A DNA stretch of 45,369 bases, taken from positions 1 to 45,369 of the forward strand of contig CAZTNH010000001.1 in the NCBI GenBank assembly GCA_964615395.1, given 5' to 3'. The notes beneath the pieces were generated by a model that ran no database searches, was not told the origin of the DNA, and saw nothing but the letters and a program-made list of their open reading frames with translations. Positions 18,704 through 27,233 of this stretch are shown here, in pieces; within the stretch, counting starts at the first letter, position 1, and the number at the start of each line of letters is the position of its first letter. The stretch comes from an uncultured Sulfurimonas sp. (lineage in GTDB: Bacteria; Campylobacterota; Campylobacteria; Campylobacterales; Sulfurimonadaceae). The position numbers and the translations under genes were made by a program.

Positions 18704-20062
18704 TTGTCAACAAATATAGTACAATCAAAAAAAATAGCTTTAGCAATTCTCTTTGGGCTGAGCTTTTTTGGAGTTGCATTAAGTTTTTTTACAAAAGAGC
18801 AATCAACTTTAATAGGATTGATAGCATTTTTAGTTACATTATGGACAAATGAGGGGCTATCTTTAGCGATAGTCTCTCTACTACCAATTGTTCTTTTTCC
18901 TGCATTTGGTGTTTTGGGAACAAAAGCGACCACTATTAACTACTCAAACCCTATCATTTATCTGTTCTTAGGTGGATTTTTACTTGCAATCGCTGTTGAA
19001 AAAACAGATCTTCATAGATATATAGCAGATAAAATTCTCTCTCTATTCCCTGATACTCCACGAGGAATTATATTTTCTTTAGTTTTAACATCTGGACTTT
19101 TAAGTTCCATACTCTCTAACACAACGACTACACTTCTACTTATATCTATAGCACTTTTTTTGAGTGATGATGTGAGATTGAAAATGCGTTTTGCCTTAGC
19201 TATTGCATATGGTGCAAATGTTGGAGGGATTATTACTCCTATAGGAACACCACCAAACTTAATTTTATATGGGATTATGAACGATGAAGGTTTAGAAACA
19301 CTTAGTTTTTTTAAATGGGTAGGGATGGTTTCACCTTTGGCATTTATTATGCTATTTGTTGTTGGTTTTCTCCTGAGTCTAGGTCTATCTGATGTAGAAA
19401 TTAAGAGAGATAAAGAAAAACATATCTTAGATGTTGATCAAAAAAAGGTCTTAGCTATACTTGGAGGTTTAGTACTACTTCTTTTTATAAATGCTCCTAT
19501 TAAACCCTACTGGAGTGGTTTAGGCATGAGTGAACCCATCATTCTTTTAGGAGCTGGATTGGTTCTGTTTTTACCTTTTTTACGTATATTAGAGTGGGAT
19601 ATAGATTCTAAACAGGTACCATTTAAAATTATGTTTCTCTTTGGTGCTGGTTTCTCCATCGCAAAGGCATTCTCTGTAACGGGCTTAGCTGATGCGGTTG
19701 CATCATATCTTTTGGTAATTACAGATTTATCTCCTGTGATTTTACTTATAGTGATAGCATCTCTGATAACTTTTACTACAGAAATAACATCAAACACTGC
19801 ACTTATTTCTATTATGCTTCCCGTAATTTATGCTATAAGTGAGCAATCAGGCATAAACACTACACTCTTTATGATGGTAGCAACAGTATGTTCTTCTTAT
19901 GCCTTTATGCTACCTATCGCTACTGCACCAAATGCTATAGCAATGAGTAGTGGAGCTGTTCAGGTTAAAGATATGATACGATATGGAGTTATTTTAAACT
20001 TTGTAGGAATCTTTTTAATAGTAATAATAGCTGAATACTTTTGGAAAGGTCTCTTATCTTAA
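18704..20062 (+). CDS. SLC13/DASS family anion:sodium symporter
   Basis: SNTTT and TSNTA motifs, TPIGTPPN, FMLPIATAPNA; many TMs; TTG start after GAGG. Confidence 0.93.
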   Translation: MSTNIVQSKKIALAILFGLSFFGVALSFFTKEQSTLIGLIAFLVTLWTNEGLSLAIVSLLPIVLFPAFGVLGTKATTINYSNPIIYLFLGGFLLAIAVEKTDLHRYIADKILSLFPDTPRGIIFSLVLTSGLLSSILSNTTTTLLLISIALFLSDDVRLKMRFALAIAYGANVGGIITPIGTPPNLILYGIMNDEGLETLSFFKWVGMVSPLAFIMLFVVGFLLSLGLSDVEIKRDKEKHILDVDQKKVLAILGGLVLLLFINAPIKPYWSGLGMSEPIILLGAGLVLFLPFLRILEWDIDSKQVPFKIMFLFGAGFSIAKAFSVTGLADAVASYLLVITDLSPVILLIVIASLITFTTEITSNTALISIMLPVIYAISEQSGINTTLFMMVATVCSSYAFMLPIATAPNAIAMSSGAVQVKDMIRYGVILNFVGIFLIVIIAEYFWKGLLS

Positions 20063-20096
20063 AGTTATGATAAAATTTCAAAAAAGGATATAAATA

Positions 20097-20390
20097 ATGA
20101 TAGTACACATTGTAATGTTTAAGTTTAAAGATGAAAACAAAGATGCAAATATCTTAAAAACAAAAGAGTTATTAAATGCTTTAGAGTCTAAAATAGAAGA
20201 GTTAGTCTCAATAGAAGTAGGTGTTAATTTTAATACAGCAGAGCGAGCTTATGATCTCTCTTTATACTCTAAGTTTCAAACAAAAGCTGACTTAGATACT
20301 TATGCTACTCATAGTGAGCATCTTAAAGTAGTCTCATTTATAAAAACTATTGTAGAAAGTTCTAAAGTAGTCGATTATATAGTAGAGTAG
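20097..20390 (+). CDS. Dabb (stress-responsive A/B barrel) family protein
   Basis: HIVMFKFK, EVGVN, Y.TH.EH, VVDY. Confidence 0.9.
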   Translation: MIVHIVMFKFKDENKDANILKTKELLNALESKIEELVSIEVGVNFNTAERAYDLSLYSKFQTKADLDTYATHSEHLKVVSFIKTIVESSKVVDYIVE

Positions 20391-20504
20391 TTATATAATG
20401 ATTTCTTTGGTATAAATTAAGACGTGATATTAATACTCAATAGATATATTATTCTCATAAATATTGAATATAATTCAAACAAATAAATATAAAAGGTAGA
20501 CCTT

Positions 20505-20717
20505 ATGAATAATCCAAATAATGAACCAACTTTAGAATCTATAGGTGATTATGATACCTTAAAAGGCTCTAAAAAGAAAATAGTATGGGGTGTAGTTATC
20601 GCTGGTATTTTAATAAGTGTAGTATATTTAGTTATTAGTAGTAACTACTCACATGTTGATGATCATATCAAGATTAAAGATCCAATTACTAAAGTAGAAA
20701 ATATAACTGTTAAGTAA
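20505..20717 (+). CDS. Small single-TM hypothetical protein (70 aa)
   Basis: AAGG RBS, TATAAT at 20469-20474, KKK followed by one hydrophobic helix. Confidence 0.72.
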   Translation: MNNPNNEPTLESIGDYDTLKGSKKKIVWGVVIAGILISVVYLVISSNYSHVDDHIKIKDPITKVENITVK

Positions 20718-20763
20718 AATATTAGAATCACATAAGTAATTTTAATACATAAAGGTATAAAAA

Positions 20764-22020
20764 ATGTTAATGACAATAGTAGGCATATATACTTTATATG
20801 TACTAATCACAATATATACAAGTGTGATGCAGATAGGCTTTATCAATCAAGCAAAGCGTAAACAAGCAGTTCTTTTAGGACAAGCTGACTTCTTAAAAGC
20901 TGCTCAGTATGCAGTTGCAAAAGAGAAACTTTCATTAGTAAATACTTTTGTAGATTATCTTTTCTTTATAGCATGGATGGGAGTAGGGATTACAGCACTT
21001 CAAAATAGTCTGTTTTTTGAAAATCAAATCTTTTTAAATATAGCCATAGTGATGGGTTTTGTAGTAATTAACTCTACTCTTGCACTTCCTTTTACTTATT
21101 ATGAAAAATTTGTAATAGATAAAGAGTTTGGATTTAATAAATCAACGCTGGGACTTTGGATAAAAGATACTCTTATCTCTTTCTTTATGACACTTATTTT
21201 TGGTTCTCTTGTTGTATGGGGAATCTATGAGATTATTATTAATTTTGATTTATGGTGGTTATGGAGTTTTGTCTTTATTTTTGGAGTCGTTATTCTTATA
21301 AATATGCTCTATCCAGCGTTTAGAGCTACATTTTTTGATAAGTTAACACCTTTACAAGATGAAGATTTGGATGAAAAAATCAAAGAGCTAATGGATAAAA
21401 CAGGCTTTGTAAGTTCAGGTGTTTTTGTGAGTGATGCAAGTAAACGTGATGCGAGACTCAATGCTTATTTTGGTGGATTTGGGAAGGCAAAAAGAGTTGT
21501 TCTTTTTGATACACTTATAGAGAAGTTGACAACAAAAGAGCTTTTAGCTGTTTTAGGTCATGAGCTAGGACATTTTGCCCATGGTGATATTTATAAAAAT
21601 ATAGCACTTGTTGGGGCTATGCTTTTTGCAATGTTTGCAATCTTTGGAAATCTTCCTGATTCTCTTTATATGGAGATGGGTTTAAGTAAAGAGCCTTATG
21701 TTCTTATGATTTTGTTGATGCTCTTTATGCCAGTTTTAGGATTTGTTATGATGCCTATTATGGGAATAGTTTCTCGCCATAATGAGTATGAAGCAGATAG
21801 AATGGGAAGTGAACTAGGTGGTCCAGCTGGAGCTATAGAACTAGCGAATGCACTTCAAAAATTAGTAACAGAAAACAGGTCATTTCCATTGTCTCATCCT
21901 CTGTATATATTTTTTCACTATACACACCCTCCTGTAATTGAGCGTTTAAAAGAGCTTGGTGTAGATATTGATACAAATGACAGTAGTTCTTTAGAGGCTC
22001 AATGCGAAGCAAATATTTAG
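20764..22020 (+). CDS. M48 (Ste24-like) membrane zinc metallopeptidase
   Basis: NAYFGG, VLFDTL, HELGH, EYEAD, HPPVIER. Confidence 0.94.
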   Translation: MLMTIVGIYTLYVLITIYTSVMQIGFINQAKRKQAVLLGQADFLKAAQYAVAKEKLSLVNTFVDYLFFIAWMGVGITALQNSLFFENQIFLNIAIVMGFVVINSTLALPFTYYEKFVIDKEFGFNKSTLGLWIKDTLISFFMTLIFGSLVVWGIYEIIINFDLWWLWSFVFIFGVVILINMLYPAFRATFFDKLTPLQDEDLDEKIKELMDKTGFVSSGVFVSDASKRDARLNAYFGGFGKAKRVVLFDTLIEKLTTKELLAVLGHELGHFAHGDIYKNIALVGAMLFAMFAIFGNLPDSLYMEMGLSKEPYVLMILLMLFMPVLGFVMMPIMGIVSRHNEYEADRMGSELGGPAGAIELANALQKLVTENRSFPLSHPLYIFFHYTHPPVIERLKELGVDIDTNDSSSLEAQCEANI

Positions 22021-22832
22021 TATCTGACTTACTCAAAGAGATAAGTCAAACTCTCTCTCCTCATATTCAAAGAGCTTCAAGAGAGGCACAGCTTCTCTTG
22101 ATGTTTTACTTAAATAAGGATGAACTTTGGTTAATTACACATCAAAAAACTGAACTTGAAAATCTTGATGAACTTTTTCAGTGGGTCGAGAGGCGTTGTA
22201 AAAATGAACCATTTGAGTATATAACTCAAAAAGTAAGCTTCTATTCTCAAGAGTTTTTTATTAAAGAGGGTGCACTTATTCCTCGTCCTGAAACTGAGTT
22301 ACTTATAGAAAAAGTTATAGAAAACTATCCAGATAAAAATGGTGAGATAACTTTTGTAGAGGTAGGTATAGGGAGTGGAATTATTTCAATAGTTTTAGCA
22401 CAACATTTTTTAAACGCTAGATTTATTGCTGTTGATATTTCTCAAGCAGCTTTAGATATTGCGAAAATTAATATAGAAAAATTTGGACTCACTTCTCGTA
22501 TTGAGTTACGATTAGGATCTCTTTTAGAACCAGTGAGTGAAAAGATAGATTATTTAGTCTCAAATCCTCCTTATATAGAGGATGGCATAGCCTTAGAATC
22601 TAACCTTGACTTTGAACCTCAAAACGCCTTATATGGCGGGAAAATAGGGGATGAACTCATTCAAAAACTCCTTGATGAAGTCTTAAATCGTAAGATTAAA
22701 TTTTTTAGCTGTGAGATGGGTTATGACCAAAAGGATAAAATACAAAACTATTTAAGAAAGAGTCAATTTAATAGTTTAGATTTTTATAAAGATTATAGTG
22801 ATTTCGATAGAGGATTCACACTAAAGGCATAG
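22002..22832 (+). CDS. prmC: Release factor N(5)-glutamine methyltransferase
   Basis: EPFEYI, LIPRPETE, EVGIGSG, SNPPY, EMGYDQ. Confidence 0.95.
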   Translation: MRSKYLVSDLLKEISQTLSPHIQRASREAQLLLMFYLNKDELWLITHQKTELENLDELFQWVERRCKNEPFEYITQKVSFYSQEFFIKEGALIPRPETELLIEKVIENYPDKNGEITFVEVGIGSGIISIVLAQHFLNARFIAVDISQAALDIAKINIEKFGLTSRIELRLGSLLEPVSEKIDYLVSNPPYIEDGIALESNLDFEPQNALYGGKIGDELIQKLLDEVLNRKIKFFSCEMGYDQKDKIQNYLRKSQFNSLDFYKDYSDFDRGFTLKA

Positions 22833-22834
22833 AT

Positions 22835-23314
22835 TTGAAAAGAAATATTTACATAGATTTTGCATATTTTATTATTTTAGCTGCATCTTTTGGTGCAGTC
22901 TTAGTTTTAGGTGCTATTGTAGCACCTGTTATTTTTCACACAGATAAAATTCTTTCAGAGATGCTTATGGATAACTATAATGCTGGAATAATTATGGGTG
23001 AAATTTTTCATAGATTCTCTTATTGGGTCTATTTTTTAGCTGTTTATGTCATTTTATATGAAGCAGCTCAGTATAAAATGGGTCAGAGAGATGCTATCTC
23101 TTTTGGGGCAGCATTTAGTGTTGTTTTTACATCTTTGATGTTTAGTGCAATTTACTCCCCTAAAATTTTAGCAATGCAGGCTATGGGTAGAGAAGCAACA
23201 CAGAGCGACACTTTTGATAACATACATATCGCAAGTGAGATAGACTTTAAAATTTTAGCAGTGGCACTTCTTGTACTCTTTATAAGAAGATTAATGCTTC
23301 TTAAGATTTCTTAA
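22835..23314 (+). CDS. DUF4149-family membrane protein
   Basis: GAIVAPVIF, AGIIMGEIF, FDNIHIASE; four TMs; follows prmC. Confidence 0.82.
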   Translation: MKRNIYIDFAYFIILAASFGAVLVLGAIVAPVIFHTDKILSEMLMDNYNAGIIMGEIFHRFSYWVYFLAVYVILYEAAQYKMGQRDAISFGAAFSVVFTSLMFSAIYSPKILAMQAMGREATQSDTFDNIHIASEIDFKILAVALLVLFIRRLMLLKIS

Positions 23315-23316
23315 GT

Positions 23317-23400
23317 AAGAAGCTACAATCTACTGCGTTAAAAACTCTTGAAGCTACTTGTAGCTCCTACGAATTTTTGCCTTGTATCTTATAACTTCTT
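23317..23400. repeat. 84-nt nested inverted-repeat element (MITE/REP-like or structured RNA)
   Basis: Outer arms AAGAAGCTACAA/TTATAACTTCTT, middle arms AAAAACTC/GAATTTTT, core AGCTAC-TT-GTAGCT. Confidence 0.55.
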
Positions 23401-23497
23401 GTTTCATTGGCTATGAAGTTATTTATATCCTCTTACTTAACACTTTTTTAACACTTATAAAGGTAAAATCTACTTACTTAAAACAAAGGTAAGATAG

Positions 23498-24172
23498 ATG
23501 TTTACAAACAAAATTTCAAAATTATTTTTTCTCTTTACACTTTTGAGTGTTTCACTCTTTGCATATCCACAAATTTCTCAGGATGTTAAAGATAAAAAGA
23601 TTTATCCAATGGGTGAAAAAATCTATAATGCTAAGTGTAAAGGTGCAGATTTAACTCAGTTTAAAACTTATGATACACTTTTTTCCTCTCTTCAAAAAGA
23701 TAAACCTTGTGGTGATTTAAATAGAAAACATACCGTAGCACTCTCTTTATACCTTTGGGATGTAAAATTTAAAAATGCTAAAACTTATAAAAAACTGACT
23801 GTAAGTAAAGATGCTAAGTGTCAGGTGTGTGGTATGTTTTTACATGGTCATCCTAATTGGGTTTCACGTATAAACTACCCTAAGGGTGAAACATATAATT
23901 TTGACGGAATGAAATGTATGTTTAAGTTCTACTTTAACAATAAAGAGGGCATTAAAGATATCTTAGTGCAAGATTATTATACACTTCAAACTATAAATGC
24001 TAGAAAAGCTTACTTTGTTGTGGGTTCAGATGTTTATGGACCTATGGGCTATGAACTTGTACCATTTAAAGATAAAAAAAGTGCTACAATATTTTTACTA
24101 GAACATAATGGAAAGAAAATTTACTCTTTTGATGAAGTAACTGAACATATGGTTCGCAATCTTGATAGGTAA
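23498..24172 (+). CDS. NosL-family periplasmic metal-binding protein with extra N-terminal domain
   Basis: Signal peptide; CQVCGM, FDGMKCM, DYYT, AYFVVGSDVYGPMGYELVPF. Confidence 0.88.
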   Translation: MFTNKISKLFFLFTLLSVSLFAYPQISQDVKDKKIYPMGEKIYNAKCKGADLTQFKTYDTLFSSLQKDKPCGDLNRKHTVALSLYLWDVKFKNAKTYKKLTVSKDAKCQVCGMFLHGHPNWVSRINYPKGETYNFDGMKCMFKFYFNNKEGIKDILVQDYYTLQTINARKAYFVVGSDVYGPMGYELVPFKDKKSATIFLLEHNGKKIYSFDEVTEHMVRNLDR

Positions 24173-25328
24173 TTTGAATTTATATATTTTAGAGTACTCT
24201 GTAAAATATATTCTTCGTTATCGATATAAAAATATTTTTATCGTAATTGTAATGAGTCTTCTCATTGCACTCTTAGCTTCAACTCTTTTTATATCCAATG
24301 CGATGAAAGATGAGTACAATAAAATTATAAGCACATATCCTGATATTGTTATTACTAATCAAAAAGCACTTAGAGATAGTACTATAGATGAAAATGAAGT
24401 GAATAAACTTCTTGCTATTGAGGGTGTTAGTAGTGCAGTTCCTCGTGTTTGGGGGAATTACTACTTTTTAAATGCTGATAAAAAGTTTTTGATTTTAGGA
24501 AAAGATGAGTTTGAAACATATCCAAATCCACTCTTAAATGAAAATTTAGATATAAAAAATCACTCAATGCTTATCTCTTTAGGTGTTAAGAAAATTTTAG
24601 ATGACAATTACTATCATAACTATTTTAATTTTATAGAGTCAAATGGTAGTATTAAAAAAATGCAGATTCAATCATTGCTCAATACTAAAGAATCATTAAA
24701 GAATCCTCTAGTAATTATTATGAATAAAGATGATGCACAAGAGATATTTCAATATAGTAAAAATGAAGTAACGGATCTTGCTGTAACTGTTGTAAACAGA
24801 AGTGAAGTTGCATTTGTAGCTACTAAAATTAGAATTCTTTTTCCATCTGCAAAGGTGAGTATAAAAAAAGATTTACGAGTTTTCTATGAAAATGTATATA
24901 ATCTTCGTAGTGGTTTTTTCTTAACAGTTTTTATAATCACTTTTTTTACATTTTTCATTATTATTTATGATAAAGTAAGTGGATTAAATAGTGAACAAAG
25001 ATATGAGATAGGAATTTTAAAAGCCTTAGGTTGGAGAGTAGGGGATGTTTTAAGTGCTAAGTTATATGAGGGGCTTATAGTCTCTCTTTTCTCTTATATC
25101 CTTGGTATTAGTATGGCGTTTATATATGTATATTTATTAAATGCTCCCTATTTAAAAGATATTTTTTTAAATAACTATGATTTAATTGGTGATTTTAAAA
25201 TAGTGTTTAGTGTAGATTACAACACACTCTCTTTACTCTTTTTATTAAGTGTTCCTATCTATATTGCTGCAACTATTATTCCCTCATGGAGAGTTGCTAC
25301 ACTTGAAGCAGACGAGGTTATGAGATGA
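24162..25328 (+). CDS. ABC transporter permease, FtsX/MacB/LolC-like
   Basis: 1 TM, large periplasmic domain, 3 TM; EIGILKALGW, PSWRVA. The start may be the TTG at 24162 or at 24174. Confidence 0.9.
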   Translation: MIGNLNLYILEYSVKYILRYRYKNIFIVIVMSLLIALLASTLFISNAMKDEYNKIISTYPDIVITNQKALRDSTIDENEVNKLLAIEGVSSAVPRVWGNYYFLNADKKFLILGKDEFETYPNPLLNENLDIKNHSMLISLGVKKILDDNYYHNYFNFIESNGSIKKMQIQSLLNTKESLKNPLVIIMNKDDAQEIFQYSKNEVTDLAVTVVNRSEVAFVATKIRILFPSAKVSIKKDLRVFYENVYNLRSGFFLTVFIITFFTFFIIIYDKVSGLNSEQRYEIGILKALGWRVGDVLSAKLYEGLIVSLFSYILGISMAFIYVYLLNAPYLKDIFLNNYDLIGDFKIVFSVDYNTLSLLFLLSVPIYIAATIIPSWRVATLEADEVMR

Positions 25329-25984
25329 TTAAATTAAATAATATTTCTAAAATTTATGAAAAAAATGTAGTAGCACTTGATAATGTAAGTTTATGGTTTA
25401 AAGAGGGTGAGTTAGTTGTTTTAAAAGGTGTAAGTGGAAGTGGAAAAAGTACAATTCTCTCTCTTATTGCAGGTTTAGTAAAGCCAACTACTGGTGAAGT
25501 CCTTGTTGATGAAAAGAAGATTTCTAAAATCCCAGACCATTTTGTAAGTCAATATAGACAAAAAAATATAGGCTTTATATTTCAAAAATATAATTTAATA
25601 AGTAGTCTCAATGTATCTGAAAATATTCTTCTTCCTCTTGTTCCTCTTAATCTTAAACGATCTGAGTGCAAGAGAAGATTAGAGAGTGTTTTAAAACAGT
25701 TTAGTATAGAAGATAAGAGAGATACTCTTGTTAAAAACCTTTCAGGTGGTGAGCAGCAGAGAACTGCTATAGCTCGTGCTAGTATAAACTCACCTAAAAT
25801 TATATTAGCAGATGAACCAACTGCTAATCTTGATGAGAAATTATCCTTAGAATTTATAAAAATTTTAAAAGATTTAAAATCTCAAAATAAGACCATAATT
25901 GTTGCGACTCATGATCCTCTCTTTTTTAATCTTGATTTTGTTGATAGAACTATTGAAGTAAATAATGGAAAAATTATTTCATGA
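25325..25984 (+). CDS. ABC transporter ATP-binding protein, LolD/MacB-like
   Basis: GVSGSGKS, IGFIFQ, LSGGEQQR, ILADEPTANLD, ATHD; ATGA overlap with the permease. Confidence 0.95.
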   Translation: MIKLNNISKIYEKNVVALDNVSLWFKEGELVVLKGVSGSGKSTILSLIAGLVKPTTGEVLVDEKKISKIPDHFVSQYRQKNIGFIFQKYNLISSLNVSENILLPLVPLNLKRSECKRRLESVLKQFSIEDKRDTLVKNLSGGEQQRTAIARASINSPKIILADEPTANLDEKLSLEFIKILKDLKSQNKTIIVATHDPLFFNLDFVDRTIEVNNGKIIS

Positions 25985-26940
25985 CACTTATACCTGAAAT
26001 TCTTGCTATTTATATTCTTGATGCTTTATTCCTCTTTTTTGCTACTATTGCATTTATACTCAGTTTACAAATTATCAAAGATTGGAATTTTAATGCAACA
26101 ACTAAACTCCAATACTCTTTAGAAAAAAAGAGCTATTTAGGAAGTACAATCATAAAGTATATGTTTTATGTAAAACTTCCACTTTTTCTGTTTTTTATTT
26201 TTACCTTAGATAAAATATCTTTTATCTTACCTGGTGCAATGTGTGGGGCAGGGGTTGTTAACTCTAATGAATACGCAACTGTATTACTCTTTTTAAAACT
26301 GATAAATATCTATCTTTTTGCTTACTGGATAGTGTTAGATACTCAAGATATGAAACAAGAGAATCAGCCCTATTTAAAGAAAAAGTTTATGATCTTTATT
26401 CCTCTATATCTTTTACTGGTTTTTGAAATAGCCTTAGAGTATAAAACATTTAGTTCTATCAATGTTAAAGATGTAGTGGACTGTTGTGGTGCTATCTTTT
26501 CTACAAATGATAATACATATTTATCAAAAGCATTAAGTCTTCCTACATGGTCTTTACTAGGTATGTTCTACATAAATTTTATACTCTTAGTTTTGAGTGC
26601 TGTTTTTAAATATCGTTATATTTTTGCTACTCTAAATCTTCTCTTTATTCTTATCTCTCTTTTGAGCTTAGTCGCTTTTTTTGGAACTTATATTTATGAG
26701 TTACCTACACATCATTGCCCATTTTGTATGTTGCAACATGAGTATAATTATATAGGTTATTTTTTATATGGAGTTCTGTTTATTGGAACATTTAATGGCT
26801 TAGTTGTAGGTTTTATAAGATTTAATGCTAGGGAACTCTCTAAAAGATTGAGAGTATCTCTTCTCTTTAATTTTATATATGTAGCTGTTGTAACTCTCTA
26901 TCCTCTTATCTATTATCTTAGAAATGGTGTTTGGCTCTAA
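25981..26940 (+). CDS. Cys/His-motif polytopic membrane protein of unknown function
   Basis: About 8 TMs; motifs PGAMCGAG, DCCG, YELPTHHCPFC; ATGA overlap with the ATPase. Confidence 0.85.
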   Translation: MTLIPEILAIYILDALFLFFATIAFILSLQIIKDWNFNATTKLQYSLEKKSYLGSTIIKYMFYVKLPLFLFFIFTLDKISFILPGAMCGAGVVNSNEYATVLLFLKLINIYLFAYWIVLDTQDMKQENQPYLKKKFMIFIPLYLLLVFEIALEYKTFSSINVKDVVDCCGAIFSTNDNTYLSKALSLPTWSLLGMFYINFILLVLSAVFKYRYIFATLNLLFILISLLSLVAFFGTYIYELPTHHCPFCMLQHEYNYIGYFLYGVLFIGTFNGLVVGFIRFNARELSKRLRVSLLFNFIYVAVVTLYPLIYYLRNGVWL

Positions 26941-27230
26941 CGCTCACCAAACTTATCATGCCACCACTCGGATGGTGTGTATGTAGCACTTTTTATAGCC
27001 TCTTCATCAAATGGATATTCAAAATTATTACAGTACTCTAAAACAGTTTCATAAGCTTCATTTATCTGCATACTCATTTTAGTTGCTTTTTGAGGATTAT
27101 CTGAATGTTTATCGGGATGCCATTTTTTCATAAGATTTTTATAACTGTTTTTCACCTCTTTAAGTGAGGCTGATTGACGAAGACCAAGGAGTGTTTTGGC
27201 CTTCATAAGTTTTTCGTAAGGAGTAGACAA
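26937..27230 (-). CDS. Small J-domain protein
   Basis: LLGL...YKNLMKKWHPDK...INEAY J-domain with intact HPD; TTG start 3 nt after the ftsZ stop. Confidence 0.85.
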   Translation of the reverse strand: MSTPYEKLMKAKTLLGLRQSASLKEVKNSYKNLMKKWHPDKHSDNPQKATKMSMQINEAYETVLEYCNNFEYPFDEEAIKSATYTPSEWWHDKFGER

Positions 27231-27233
27231 GAT

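Noticed and set aside
23498-26940. Nitrous oxide reductase (nos) cluster
   Set aside because: No nosZ, nosD or nosY-type gene is in the window and the ABC is MacB/LolCDE-type; N2O respiration cannot be inferred from this window.
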